Source: an uncultured Campylobacter sp.
GTDB lineage: Bacteria; Campylobacterota; Campylobacteria; Campylobacterales; Campylobacteraceae
Direction of reading: 5' to 3'
Assembly: GCF_938030815.1 (NCBI RefSeq)
Contig: NZ_CALHII010000148.1
Span: 1 to 41,594, forward strand
Length of the DNA: 41,594 nt
Shown here: piece by piece, positions 30,661 through 41,594 of the stretch
Layout of the letters: each line of letters starts with the position of its first letter
How positions within the stretch are numbered: position 1 is the first letter of the stretch
The notes under the pieces: model-generated
The model's input: the letters and a program-made list of their open reading frames with translations, nothing else
What the model was told of the DNA's origin: nothing
Database searches by the model: none
Made by a program: the position numbers and the translations under genes

Positions 30661-31245
30661 CTATTTAAAGCTCTTTTGAAGTACTTGATCGATCAAGCCG
30701 TATTGCACGGCATCCTCGGCGCTCATGAAAAAGTCGCGATCGGTATCCTTTTCGACCTGCGCGAGATCTTTGCCGGAATTTTGCGAAAGGATGTTATTTA
30801 AAATTTCTTTCATTCGTAAAATTTCTTTGGCTTGAATCTCGATGTCGGTAGCCTGGCCTTGCGCGCCGCCGAGTGGCTGGTGGATCATTATGCGAGAGTT
30901 TGGAAGCGCGTAACGTTTGCCTTTGGTTCCGCAGCTTAGCAAAAACGCTCCCATCGACGCCGCTTGACCGATGCAGATCGTGCTTACGTCGGGTTTGATG
31001 TAATTCATCGTGTCATAAATGCTAAATCCGCTCGTAACCACGCCGCCAGGGGAGTTGATGTATAGATAGATATCCTTATCCGGATCCTCCGCTTCCAAAA
31101 ACAGAAGCTGTGCGACGATCGAGCTTGCCACTGCGTCGTCGATCTCGCCGCTAAGCATTACGATACGATCTTTTAGCAGTCTCGAGTAGATGTCGTAGCT
31201 GCGCTCTCCGCGACTAGTTTGTTCGATAACGTAAGGAATCACCAT
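30661..31245 (-). CDS. clpP: ATP-dependent Clp protease proteolytic subunit
   Basis: [25 protein letters not shown]. Confidence 0.99.
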   Translation of the reverse strand: MVIPYVIEQTSRGERSYDIYSRLLKDRIVMLSGEIDDAVASSIVAQLLFLEAEDPDKDIYLYINSPGGVVTSGFSIYDTMNYIKPDVSTICIGQAASMGAFLLSCGTKGKRYALPNSRIMIHQPLGGAQGQATDIEIQAKEILRMKEILNNILSQNSGKDLAQVEKDTDRDFFMSAEDAVQYGLIDQVLQKSFK

Positions 31246-32559
31246 CTATTCGCCCTTCTCTTCTTTTTTGCCCTGTTTGGAGAAAATATCGTTGAATAGC
31301 TTCTCCTCGATCAGCGCCATTTTGACGGCCGGCAGCATGCCGTTGTTGCGGTATCTATTTAGATGCTCTTTCGGATCGGCGCCGTAGGTGTAGGCTTCCA
31401 TATAGACCGCCTGAACGAGCTCCTGATCGCTCACGTCGATATTGCGTTTTTTGGCTAGCTCGTCGATTAGGAATGTAAGCTTGACGCTGTTTTCGGCAGC
31501 CTTTCTAAACTCTTCGCGCTTTTTATCCAGGGCGTCTTTGTTGTTTTTAAATTCCTCGATCTGCTCTTTTGAAAAGCCGCTCCAGGCGTTGTTAAACTGC
31601 AAATTAATCTCCTGCTCGACGATCGCTTTTGGAAGCGCGAAGTTAAATTTCTCGGCGAGCGCGTCGGCAAATTTAGGCTTTAGATCCTCGTTTATCAGCT
31701 TTTGAAGCTTATCGTTTTTGATGCGCTCTTTGATGCGCGCTTCAAATTTCTCCTTGCTCGGCTCTTTCTCGCCTGGAAGCGCTTGCTTTAGCTCCTCCTC
31801 GCCGAGCTCTTTGGCGGGTTTTTTAGCTTGAATTTCATGAAGCTTGACTTTAAAGATCGCGTCCTTGCCGGCTAAGTTTTTCGCGCCGTAATCTTGCGGA
31901 AATTTAACCGCTACGTCGCGCTCCTCGCCCACTCTAAGTCCGATCATACCGTCTTCAAAGCCCGGGATGAATTGATTTGAGCCGATCTGAAGGACGTAGT
32001 CCTGCGCCTTGCCGCCGTCGAATGGCTTGCCGTCTACGAAGCCTTCGAAGTCGAATTTCGCAAAATCGTCTTTGGCTAGAATTTTTTTGTTGGTTTTAGA
32101 AAGCGGCGCGATCATCTGCAAAAATTCCGCCACTTTCTCGTCGATCTCTTTTTGAGTAACGCGCGGACTGCTAAATTTAGGGATCAGCTCCTCGTATCCC
32201 TCGACGCTAACCTCCGGTCTGAAAGAAATTTCGATCTCCACGTCGATATCGCCTTCTTTTTCATCAAATTTAGAAAAGACCGGCTCGGATAAAATTTCAT
32301 CTTGTTTTTTCTTTAAAATTTTAAGAGACTCGTCGATCATATTTTTAAGAAGCTCCTGCTTTGCATCGCCCTCAAGCTGTTTGCCGTATCGCTTCAAAAC
32401 CACTGCGGTAGGCACTTTGCCCTGTCTGAATCCGTCGATCCTTAGCTGCTTGGAGGCCTTTTTGGCTAGCTCTTCTACTTTGGCTGCGATCTGCTTTGCT
32501 TCGATCTTGCTCGCAGCGACCGCATTCGCGGCGTCTTTCATTTTTGCTTTTACTTCCAT
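31246..32559 (-). CDS. tig: Trigger factor
   Basis: GFRQGKVP ribosome-binding motif; FKBP domain FIPGFEDG; upstream of clpP. Confidence 0.97.
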   Translation of the reverse strand: MEVKAKMKDAANAVAASKIEAKQIAAKVEELAKKASKQLRIDGFRQGKVPTAVVLKRYGKQLEGDAKQELLKNMIDESLKILKKKQDEILSEPVFSKFDEKEGDIDVEIEISFRPEVSVEGYEELIPKFSSPRVTQKEIDEKVAEFLQMIAPLSKTNKKILAKDDFAKFDFEGFVDGKPFDGGKAQDYVLQIGSNQFIPGFEDGMIGLRVGEERDVAVKFPQDYGAKNLAGKDAIFKVKLHEIQAKKPAKELGEEELKQALPGEKEPSKEKFEARIKERIKNDKLQKLINEDLKPKFADALAEKFNFALPKAIVEQEINLQFNNAWSGFSKEQIEEFKNNKDALDKKREEFRKAAENSVKLTFLIDELAKKRNIDVSDQELVQAVYMEAYTYGADPKEHLNRYRNNGMLPAVKMALIEEKLFNDIFSKQGKKEEKGE

Positions 32560-32685
32560 AAAATTCCTTTAAAAAATTTAAAAATAGCTCGTAATATATC
32601 AAAAAATTTCTTATTTAAAGTATAAATTCCTAAAATTTACCGAGCCTAAGCGGCTCGCGGCTTTTAAATTTTAAAATTTTAAGAG

Positions 32686-32708
32686 CCCGCCTTGAAATTT
32701 AAAGCGGG
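32686..32708 (-). terminator. Hairpin after the TonB-dependent receptor gene
   Basis: CCCGCTTT-AAATTTC-AAGGCGGG stem-loop 7 nt after the stop; a second hairpin CGAGCC-TAAGC-GGCTCG lies at 32641-32657. Confidence 0.5.
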
Positions 32709-32715
32709 ACTAAGG

Positions 32716-34866
32716 CTAAAATTTTACCGATACGTTAAACATAAACTGCCGCGCGTAGCCCATTTGAATAGGTATCACGCTCGTAGTCGTGCCGGTCGAG
32801 GATGAGGTATAGTATTTTTTGTCGGTCAAATTTTTGACGTTGAACGAAAAATTCGTATCATAGCCCAAAATTTTAGTATCGTAGCTCACGAAGGCGTCAT
32901 AAACTACGGCATGAGGCAGCTTAAACGCCGTTCCTGCGGGCACGCTCGGTAGGTTCGTGCGCATATAGTAGGTGTACCACGAGCCGAAGTATCGCGCGCC
33001 GCCGCCAAGCCTAAGCCCCTTTGCGCCTAGATGCGCAAAATCGTAGTTGGCAAATAGACTTGCTTGGTGCTTCGGCGTCGCTTCCAGCGGTTTGCCGATT
33101 AGCACCGCAAAAGCACCGTCGTCCTCGCGCACCCTCGTTTTGGTGTATGCGTAGCTTGCCGACATGCTAAGTCCCTGCGTCACGCGCCCGTTTATATCGA
33201 GTTCAAATCCTCGCGAGCGAGCCTTGCCGATCGTCTCACTTATATTATTTACCGTTCGCAGGATGTTTCTTTTATCGATATTAAACACCGCCGCACCCGC
33301 AGTGACTCGATCGTTTTGAAATTTAGTGCCGAGCTCCACGGATTTGCCTTCCTCCGGCTTTAGATCGCCGCCTATCGCCTCGCCTATGGACATCTGCGGC
33401 GTGAAGCTTTGCGCGTAGTTAGTATATACTGACCACTGCGGGCTTAACAGGTACAAAAGCCCGCCCTGATAGGTCGTAGCAGCCTTTTTCTGATCGGTGT
33501 TGTTCGGTCCTTGCCAGCTTTGTTTGGCTACTTGATCGTAAAATTCCCTACGCACGCCCAAAGAAAGTATTAACTCGTCAGTCAAATTTATATTATCTTG
33601 CGTGTAAAGCCCGATCGTTCTTAGCTTTTGATATTGTATTTTTGGCTCTCTATTGTTCGTTAAGACGGCGCCCGAAGCGGTCTGCCCGGTAAGCATATTG
33701 ATGCGTCCTGCGGTGCCTTTTAGCGCGCCCGGACGGTATCTGTAGTAGTTTTTGTAATCCGTGCCGAAAAGAACGTCGTGTTTAAGCGGGCCCGTTTCAA
33801 ATTTGCCGTTTAGCGTGATGCTTGCTGCGTGCGTGCGGTGTATGAAATTATCGTAGTAGTTATACGATCGCGTCGTGCCGGTAAGGCCTTGGGGCGTGAA
33901 TGGATTGTTCGGACGGACGTAGCCGTATTCGTGCTTGCTGCGCGAGAAAGCGTAGGCGCCTTTTAATATCCAATCCTCGCTAAATTCCTTCTCAAAGCCG
34001 AAATCAACCGTATCGAGCTTGCTTTGTAGTTTATTTACCGGCTCATCGAAGCGGACTTTGCCGCTGCCGTAAATTTTACCCGTACTCGGCACCAAAAACG
34101 CGCCGCGATCCACCGGATCGGTAGAGCGGCTATGGGTGTAGCCTAAGCTTATCGAATAATCGTCTCCTTGATACGCAAGTGACGGCGCAAAGAGCGTGTT
34201 TTTTATACCGCCGAAATTTCGCCAATAATCCTTCGCGTAGTAATCGAATATAAATCTATACGCAAAGCCGCTATCTGCAATCGGCCCTGTAGTATCAAAT
34301 CCCGCGTCCCAATAGTTGCGATTGCCCAGCCCGCCCCAAATTTCATTTATAAACTCATACTGCGGCTTTTTGGTTACCATGTTTATGACGCCGCCCGGTT
34401 GCTGGGCACCGTAGAGCATGCTCGCGGGCCCTTTTAAAACCTCGACGCTTTGAATGGTTTTATTGAAATTGTGCATCACGGCGCCCGGTACGCCGTTGCG
34501 CATAATCGAGCCGTCGCGACCCTCGCCGAAGCCACGCTTGATGATCGCATCAAAAATATTTCCCGTCGTATTTGCATAGCTTATGCCGCTTACGTTTTGC
34601 AGCGATTCCGCTAAGGTTTCTGGCTTTTTGTCCTTTAGATGCTGCTGCGTTACGACATTTACGGTTTGCGGAATTTCTAAAATTCTCTTAGTCGTCTTGC
34701 CGATCTCGCTGCGTACGGCGCGGTAGCCGTCGTCGTTATTCGCCCATTCTACGACCTCGATATCGCCTAGGTTTTCGCCCGAGGCGAAGTTTGCTGCGGC
34801 GTTTTGTTCGGCGCAAGCAAAGGAAAAAAGCGCCAAAGCCGCGCCAAAGCTCATCTTAAATTTCAT
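32716..34866 (-). CDS. TonB-dependent siderophore-type outer membrane receptor
   Basis: Signal peptide, EIPQTVNVV plug start, VEVLKGPASMLYG..QPGGVIN, NVKNLTDKKYY, terminal Phe. Confidence 0.93.
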   Translation of the reverse strand: MKFKMSFGAALALFSFACAEQNAAANFASGENLGDIEVVEWANNDDGYRAVRSEIGKTTKRILEIPQTVNVVTQQHLKDKKPETLAESLQNVSGISYANTTGNIFDAIIKRGFGEGRDGSIMRNGVPGAVMHNFNKTIQSVEVLKGPASMLYGAQQPGGVINMVTKKPQYEFINEIWGGLGNRNYWDAGFDTTGPIADSGFAYRFIFDYYAKDYWRNFGGIKNTLFAPSLAYQGDDYSISLGYTHSRSTDPVDRGAFLVPSTGKIYGSGKVRFDEPVNKLQSKLDTVDFGFEKEFSEDWILKGAYAFSRSKHEYGYVRPNNPFTPQGLTGTTRSYNYYDNFIHRTHAASITLNGKFETGPLKHDVLFGTDYKNYYRYRPGALKGTAGRINMLTGQTASGAVLTNNREPKIQYQKLRTIGLYTQDNINLTDELILSLGVRREFYDQVAKQSWQGPNNTDQKKAATTYQGGLLYLLSPQWSVYTNYAQSFTPQMSIGEAIGGDLKPEEGKSVELGTKFQNDRVTAGAAVFNIDKRNILRTVNNISETIGKARSRGFELDINGRVTQGLSMSASYAYTKTRVREDDGAFAVLIGKPLEATPKHQASLFANYDFAHLGAKGLRLGGGARYFGSWYTYYMRTNLPSVPAGTAFKLPHAVVYDAFVSYDTKILGYDTNFSFNVKNLTDKKYYTSSSTGTTTSVIPIQMGYARQFMFNVSVKF

Positions 34867-34882
34867 TACCGAACTCCTTGTA

Positions 34883-34895
34883 GATAAAGCTTATC
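34883..34895. promoter_or_regulatory. Fur-box-like inverted repeat GATAAAGCTTATC
   Basis: GATAA-N3-TTATC dyad between a TAAAAT -10 candidate (about 34906-34911, minus) and the receptor RBS; a second half-site TGATAAT at about 34938-34944. Confidence 0.55.
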
Positions 34896-35053
34896 GAAAC
34901 GGCGGATTTTAAACAAAAATTTCTTAAATTTAAATATATTATCATTAACATAATGAGATTGATAAAATTTCGCGCGGAATTTTAAAATTTATCAGCGTTA
35001 TAAAAGGCGTTTTTGAGTAATATCGCGCATCGATCTTTAAGGAATTGCTAAAA

Positions 35054-35638
35054 ATGGACGAAAAAAGCCGAATAAAATTTGAAAACTGCGTGTCGCAGAT
35101 GCTTGAAATTTTAGGCGAGGATCCGAAGCGCGACGGACTCGTAAAGACGCCCGAGCGCGTGGCTAAAGCCTATGAGTTTCTAACTAGCGGCTACGAGCTG
35201 GATCCAAAAGAAATTTTAAACGACGCGCTGTTTGAGAGCAGCAACAACGAGATGGTTTTGATAAAAGATATAGAATTTTATAGTCTCTGCGAGCATCATC
35301 TGCTGCCTATCATCGGGCGCGCGCATGTCGCGTATATCCCGAATAAAAAGGTCGTGGGGCTTAGCAAAATTCCGCGTATGGTAAATATTTTTGCGCGCAG
35401 GCTGCAGATCCAAGAGCAGCTTACCGAGCAGATCGCAAGCGCAATCCAAGAGGTGATCCATCCGCTCGGCGTGGGCGTGGTGCTGCAGGCGCGGCACATG
35501 TGCATGGAGATGCGCGGCGTGCAAAAGATCAACTCGACTACGACTACGTCGGCGCTTAGGGGACTTTTTATCAGCCGAAACGATACGCGTAAGGAATTTT
35601 TCGATCTAATAAATTCTCCAAAAACTTTTGGTTTTTAA
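35054..35638 (+). CDS. folE: GTP cyclohydrolase I
   Basis: [43 protein letters not shown] at 35054 fits the AAGGA spacing. Confidence 0.98.
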   Translation: MDEKSRIKFENCVSQMLEILGEDPKRDGLVKTPERVAKAYEFLTSGYELDPKEILNDALFESSNNEMVLIKDIEFYSLCEHHLLPIIGRAHVAYIPNKKVVGLSKIPRMVNIFARRLQIQEQLTEQIASAIQEVIHPLGVGVVLQARHMCMEMRGVQKINSTTTTSALRGLFISRNDTRKEFFDLINSPKTFGF

Positions 35639-35716
35639 AACGGCAAGCGTTAAAGAAAAATTTAGCAATTATGTTATATTATCGTGCGAAATTGATAAAA
35701 GAGCGAAATTGTCTGA

Positions 35717-36949
<1,233 letters not shown>

Positions 36950-36952
36950 AAA

Positions 36953-37954
36953 ATGGCAAAAAATAGTTTGATAAACGGCTCAATCTGGGAGCAATACTCG
37001 CAAAAAGTGCAGGAGCGTATGAATAATCCTCGCTATATGGGCGAGATCACCGAGGAGGAAGCGAAGGCTAGAGGTGGTAAGCTAGTGGTCGCAGACTTCG
37101 GCGCCGAGAGCTGCGGCGATGCGGTGCGGCTGTACTGGCTGATAGATCCTAAGACTGATAGAATTTTAGACGCTAAATTTAAAAGTTTCGGCTGCGGCAC
37201 GGCGATTGCGAGTTCGGATACAATGGCTGAGCTTTGTATCGGAAAGACCGTCGATCAAGCGGTAAAGATTACAAATTTAGACGTAGAGCATGCGATGCGC
37301 GACAACCCGGACGAGCCAGCCGTACCGCCGCAAAAGATGCACTGCTCGGTCATGGCGTACGACGTCATCAAGCAGGCTGCTGCGAAATATAAGGGGGTCG
37401 ATCCCGCGCATTTTGAGGATGAGATCATCGTGTGCGACTGTGCGCGCGTAAGCCTCGGCACGATCAAAGAGGTGATTCGTCTAAACGACCTCCATACTGT
37501 CGAGGAGATCACGCAATACACCAAAGCAGGTGCGTTTTGCAAATCCTGCGTGCGCCCGGGCGGACACGAGGAGAAGGATTACTATTTGGTCGATATTTTA
37601 AAGCAAACCAGAGAGGAGATGGAGCGAGAGAGGCTTCAAGCTCAAGCCGAGGCGAGTGCCGCTACTAGCGCGAAAGCGGGAGCGGAGATGAGCTTTGAGC
37701 AGCTAAATTTGATCGGTAAATTTAAAGCGGTCGAAGGGGTGCTTGACGAGGATATCCGCCCGATGCTCCAGATGGATGGCGGTAATCTCGACGTCATCGA
37801 CATCAGGCCTGCAGACGACGGCAAAACGGACATATATATCCGTTATCTTGGCGCTTGTAGCGGCTGCGCCAGCGGTGCGAGCGGTACGCTGTATGCGATA
37901 GAAAACGTCTTGCAAGAAAACCTTAGCCCAAACATCCGCGTAATGCCGATCTAG
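36953..37954 (+). CDS. nifU: Fe-S cluster scaffold NifU (IscU + BFD-like [2Fe-2S] + Nfu domains)
   Basis: SCGDA, FGCG, KMHCS; CDC...C..C; DGG...GACSGC. Confidence 0.96.
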   Translation: MAKNSLINGSIWEQYSQKVQERMNNPRYMGEITEEEAKARGGKLVVADFGAESCGDAVRLYWLIDPKTDRILDAKFKSFGCGTAIASSDTMAELCIGKTVDQAVKITNLDVEHAMRDNPDEPAVPPQKMHCSVMAYDVIKQAAAKYKGVDPAHFEDEIIVCDCARVSLGTIKEVIRLNDLHTVEEITQYTKAGAFCKSCVRPGGHEEKDYYLVDILKQTREEMERERLQAQAEASAATSAKAGAEMSFEQLNLIGKFKAVEGVLDEDIRPMLQMDGGNLDVIDIRPADDGKTDIYIRYLGACSGCASGASGTLYAIENVLQENLSPNIRVMPI

Positions 37955-38366
37955 GCTTATCGGTCGCTACATTTCATCTTGGCTTGGTCTTTACGAAATT
38001 TTAAGAGCTTGGCTTCTTTATAATTGATGCAGTGCTAAATTTCGCCCCTTAGTTAAATTTGCAATTAGACGCTAAATCTGCGTAGAATTTCGGCGCTTGC
38101 TTTTAAAAATATCGCAAATTTAGCTAAGGTTTTTCTAGCGTGAAATTCATCTATAAAATTTTGTCTATAAATTTAATTAAAAGCTTCTTATTTCGCCCGT
38201 GTAAGTTTTTTATGAGATTTCGTTTGTAAACCAGGCATAGAATTTTCTCCGTAAATTTCATCTTTTCATAAATTTCGATGAAAATGCGCCATAAATCGCA
38301 GAATTTTAGCTGGCTATAATTTCTTTTTATTATAATTGCGCCTTATTTCAACTAAAAGGGGAGCAA

Positions 38367-39155
38367 ATGAAAGTATTTGTTTTGGCGGCTCTACTACTTG
38401 GTTTTCTATCTGCAAATTCTTTGGATCAGATCAAAAAGGATAGGCTCGTTCGCATAGGTGTATATAACGATCAGCCGCCGTTTAGTGCGCTCGTAGACGG
38501 CAAATATAGGGGATTTGAGATTGCTCTTGGCGAAAAGCTCGGTAAGGAGATTTTCGGCGATAATCCTGGCAAGGTAAAATTTATCCCGATCACGGCTTCA
38601 AGACGCATTAGCGCTTTACAGCGCAATGAAGCGGATATGGTGATTGCGACCTTCACTCCGACGCCCGCGCGAGCTAAGAAGGTGGATTTTTCAGAGCCTT
38701 ATTTTAAGGTGCAGGTAGGTGTGCTAGCCAAAAAAGACGAAAATATCACGAGCTTCGATCAACTCCGCAAAAAGAGGATTTTCGTCATCAAACACTCTCC
38801 TATTCACAATTTCTTACGCAAAGCGGGCTTCAGAAAGAATTTGAATTTCTGCGCCAGCTCGGCTAAATGCTACCGCGCTTTCAAAAGGGCGAAAAATGCC
38901 GTGCATGTCGATGATAACCTAATCCTGCACGCATACGCAATCATCGATAATAAAACGCAGGTTGCTTTGGATGGTCTAGGTAAGCAAACTTACAACGCAA
39001 TCGCCGTGCAGAAGGGCAATAATGCGCTGCTAGAGCTAATCAATACATCTTTAGCAGGACTAAAAAAAGATGGATTTTTGGATAAGACCTTTGATGATAC
39101 GCTCGGGATTTTTTATCATGGCACGATCGATAAGAAGGAATTCTTGGTTGAATAA
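38367..39155 (+). CDS. Polar amino-acid ABC transporter substrate-binding protein (family 3, CjaA/PEB1-like), orphan
   Basis: Signal peptide; QPPF, GFEI, RISALQ, VDFSEPYF, AIAVQKGN; TATAAT at 38331-38336. Confidence 0.88.
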   Translation: MKVFVLAALLLGFLSANSLDQIKKDRLVRIGVYNDQPPFSALVDGKYRGFEIALGEKLGKEIFGDNPGKVKFIPITASRRISALQRNEADMVIATFTPTPARAKKVDFSEPYFKVQVGVLAKKDENITSFDQLRKKRIFVIKHSPIHNFLRKAGFRKNLNFCASSAKCYRAFKRAKNAVHVDDNLILHAYAIIDNKTQVALDGLGKQTYNAIAVQKGNNALLELINTSLAGLKKDGFLDKTFDDTLGIFYHGTIDKKEFLVE

Positions 39156-39766
39156 AATTTCGTGCAGAATTTAATTCGTGCGCTTGATTCCCGCGTAAAA
39201 TTCAGTTCATTGTAATGATGGAACGAGAAACACGTTGCGGGCTTAATTTGCTTTTAGAATTCGGTCTTGATTTTACTTGCCTCTCTCCTAAAGCGCAAAT
39301 TTTATCGAAATTGGTGAGGCTATTTAAAACGCGCGCACCACTAGCGCGAAATTCCATTTTCGGAAGTAAAATTTTTAAGCGATTAGGTTGCATTTAAAAT
39401 TTACGCAACTTTTATAGAGCTCGTTTTAATTTTACGTTCCGTAAAACTCGCGCTAGCTTGTAAAATTCTATTTTTTAGCTCTAAATACTTGCTTTTCTGC
39501 TACAACTTTATGATTTAAATTTTAAAAATTCCTCTAAAAGGAGTTAAACTCCCAAGCGCTATTGCCGCCTCGGTATGGGGAGCCAAAATTTCGCTTTGTG
39601 TCAAAGGCGAATCCTATGCAAAGTGCACGCTAAATGAGCAGGCGGAGCAAATAATTTCAAATTTAGTGGTATCTGTCTTATCGAGTGCCGCGAAGCTGCA
39701 TATTACAAAGACGCGGCGAATACAAAAAATGGTCGTAAAAATTTTACCCCAAGAGCCAATCTCGAT

Positions 39767-40480
39767 TTACTTCACCAGTTCGTAATTATACTCTTTCGTG
39801 CCGTCAAGTAGATTTGTGACGTTGTAGCCTCGCTCGTTTAGGGCTTTGGCGAGCTTGGCGCTGCGGTTGCCGCTGTAGCAGTGCGTGATTATCCTTTTGT
39901 CTTTGTTGGCCTCAAGCACGTCCTTGTAGTTTTCTAAAGGCTCGCCGTACGGGATATTTATCGCGCCTTTCATATGCCCCGCGTCGTAGTCTTGCTTCTG
40001 CCTAGCGTCGATGATCAGCACGTTCGGCTCATTTGCTATTTTTAAAAACCTCTCCGCGTTTATGCTGCCGACCTTATACAGCTCGTAGTCGTACTGCTTC
40101 ACGCCAGGCGCGTTCATAAGCACACTGAAGCCTTTTTGTTTAAGCAGATCAAGCGCTTTGCCGCTGCGGTTGCCCGTATTGCAATAAAGCACGACGTTTT
40201 TATCCTTGTAGGCGTTTATCTCATCCAGCCTGCTTTCAAGCTCTCCAAGCGGGATGTTGATCGCGTGCTTTATGTGGCCTGCGGCGTACTCGTCCGCGCT
40301 TCTGACGTCAATGACCAGATAATTTTCTTTCGCTCTATTGTCCTCCTCTATCGCCGATAGCGCTGCGCCGCTTATAGAGTAGCCGCTAGGCTGCTGCGTC
40401 TCGGCGCCGCAAGTCGCAAAAGATCCCAATGCAGCCAGCAAAACCGCGCTTTTTAAAATTTTGTGAGAAATAAATTTCAT
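39767..40480 (-). CDS. Exported tandem rhodanese-domain protein
   Basis: Signal peptide; two repeats IDVR..EY.AGHI..AINIP and IDAR..DY.AGHM..AINIP with CNTGNRS and CYSGNRS loops. Confidence 0.9.
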   Translation of the reverse strand: MKFISHKILKSAVLLAALGSFATCGAETQQPSGYSISGAALSAIEEDNRAKENYLVIDVRSADEYAAGHIKHAINIPLGELESRLDEINAYKDKNVVLYCNTGNRSGKALDLLKQKGFSVLMNAPGVKQYDYELYKVGSINAERFLKIANEPNVLIIDARQKQDYDAGHMKGAINIPYGEPLENYKDVLEANKDKRIITHCYSGNRSAKLAKALNERGYNVTNLLDGTKEYNYELVK

Positions 40481-40516
40481 ATGTTTCCTTTGAATTTTAG
40501 CTTTTAAAGCGGGGGG

Positions 40517-40525
40517 ATTATATCA
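40517..40525 (-). promoter_or_regulatory. Extended -10 promoter (TGaTATAAT) for the rhodanese gene
   Basis: Perfect TGnTATAAT about 37 nt upstream of the ATG. Confidence 0.6.
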
Positions 40526-40830
40526 AAAAATTTAGCTAAATAGTGTGAATCTGCGCGGAATGTGATAGGTTATGCTGATACGGATTACCGATGTGAAAAC
40601 GCGAAAGAGACTCGAATAAAAAACTTTTGCCAAAATATCTTAAAGGCTCGTAGGTAAAGATACTTTGCGTAAATTTATCTTTTAGAGACGGAGCAACAAA
40701 TTCAAAAAAACTCACATTTGCCCGAAGGTAAATTTTATACTTTTGCCAATTTTCATTATTTTTCAAGTATAAGTAAGATATAATCCCAAACTTTTCGGGG
40801 CGCTATTGCGGCTCTTAAAGGAATTAAAGA

Positions 40831-40907
40831 TGGTGTCAAGAGAGAGACTTGAACTCTCGACCTCCGGCTTATGAGACCAGCGCTCTAACCAGCTGAGCTA
40901 CCTTGAC
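40831..40907 (-). tRNA. tRNA-Met (CAT), elongator type (Ile2 not fully excluded)
   Basis: GTCAAGG-TAGCTCAGCTGGTTAGAGC-GCTGGT-CTCATAA-GCCGG...GTTCAAG...TCTTGAC-ACCA cloverleaf; paired G1-C72 (not initiator); encoded CCA. Confidence 0.95.
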
Positions 40908-40976
40908 ACGAATAAAGAAACGGCAGTATAGCTAAATATTCTTATTTTTAATTGAAACACTTTAAAAGGAGAGAAA

Positions 40977-41540
40977 ATGAATGCGGCTTTGGTTTTATTA
41001 GTCGTCATAGTTTTGTTAGTTTTGGCGTTAGTGGGCGTTTATAACTCGTTCATCGCCAAGCGCAATCAGGTGCGAAATATCGCCTCTACCGTTGATACGC
41101 AGCTTAAAAAGCGCTACGACCTCATCCCAAATTTAGTTAGCGCCACGCGCGAATATATGAGCCATGAAAACGCCGTGCTAACGCGCGTTAGCGAACTTCG
41201 CTCGCAAGCGATCAACGCGGCTTCTAACGCGGATAAATTTAAGCTAAATAGCGAAATTTCGGCTCTTTTGGGGCAGATCCGCATTGCGGTAGAGGCGTAT
41301 CCGAACCTCAAGGCTAACGAATCGTTTGCCAAGCTACAAAACGCGTTAGGTGAGTGCGAGGAGCAGATCAGCGCCGCACGCCGCGCTTATAACGGCGCCG
41401 TTACGGTCTATAACAACGCCTGCGAGATGTTTCCTACTAACATCATCGCTAGCGTTTTCAACTTCGCTAAAGCGGAATTTTTCGCCGCTAGCGAGCAAGA
41501 AAAGCAAGCACCAAACGTATCTGAACTTTTTAAAAAATAG
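40977..41540 (+). CDS. lemA: LemA family protein
   Basis: N-terminal TM, YNS, QLKKRYDLIPNLV, EAYPNLKAN, ARRAYN, FPTNIIA. Confidence 0.95.
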   Translation: MNAALVLLVVIVLLVLALVGVYNSFIAKRNQVRNIASTVDTQLKKRYDLIPNLVSATREYMSHENAVLTRVSELRSQAINAASNADKFKLNSEISALLGQIRIAVEAYPNLKANESFAKLQNALGECEEQISAARRAYNGAVTVYNNACEMFPTNIIASVFNFAKAEFFAASEQEKQAPNVSELFKK

Positions 41541-41594
41541 GCGCGAGACATAGAAAATTTGCGATGAAATTTTAAAATTTTATCGCAAATAACG

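Noticed and set aside
40511..40516. G6 tract (also 18501-18506) as a phase-variation site
   Set aside because: Campylobacter contingency tracts are usually 8 or more G; none that long was seen
39202..40766. Short ORFs 39202..39393, 39215..39397 and 40536..40766; possible tRNA-anchored integrative element
   Set aside because: No RBS or recognisable domains; no integrase or duplicated tRNA 3' end found in the window

Overview
Chromosomal segment of a Campylobacter (Campylobacterota), inferred from gene order, protein sequences and very dense RAATTY (AAATTT/GAATTT) motifs. The fairly high GC and the absence of fliQ and fliI from their usual sites fit a non-flagellated, C. gracilis-like organism (inference). 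Most of the window is housekeeping: usp-pnp-PRTase-lptD-RDD-purD with the 6S/'purD-motif' RNA, hemD, argH, a nitroreductase, AMIN-ftsB-eno-recA, mqnD, murB, purN-nnr-comM/yifB-def-clpP-tig, folE, nifS-nifU, tRNA-Met and lemA. Accessory parts are (i) an AT-rich tandem pair of decaying paralogous small genes at the left edge, resembling an immunity cassette array, (ii) a ynbA/B/C-like lipid synthesis/modification cluster with an acyltransferase and a decaying DUF1287 gene but no YnbD-type phosphatase, (iii) a DUF3137 gene, a TonB-dependent receptor with Fur-like boxes, an orphan amino-acid binding protein and an exported double rhodanese. RAATTY-rich, low-complexity DNA recurs as long spacers, dyads, a possible de novo ORF and in-frame insertions in conserved proteins. 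No CRISPR array, IS element, integrase or rRNA was seen.
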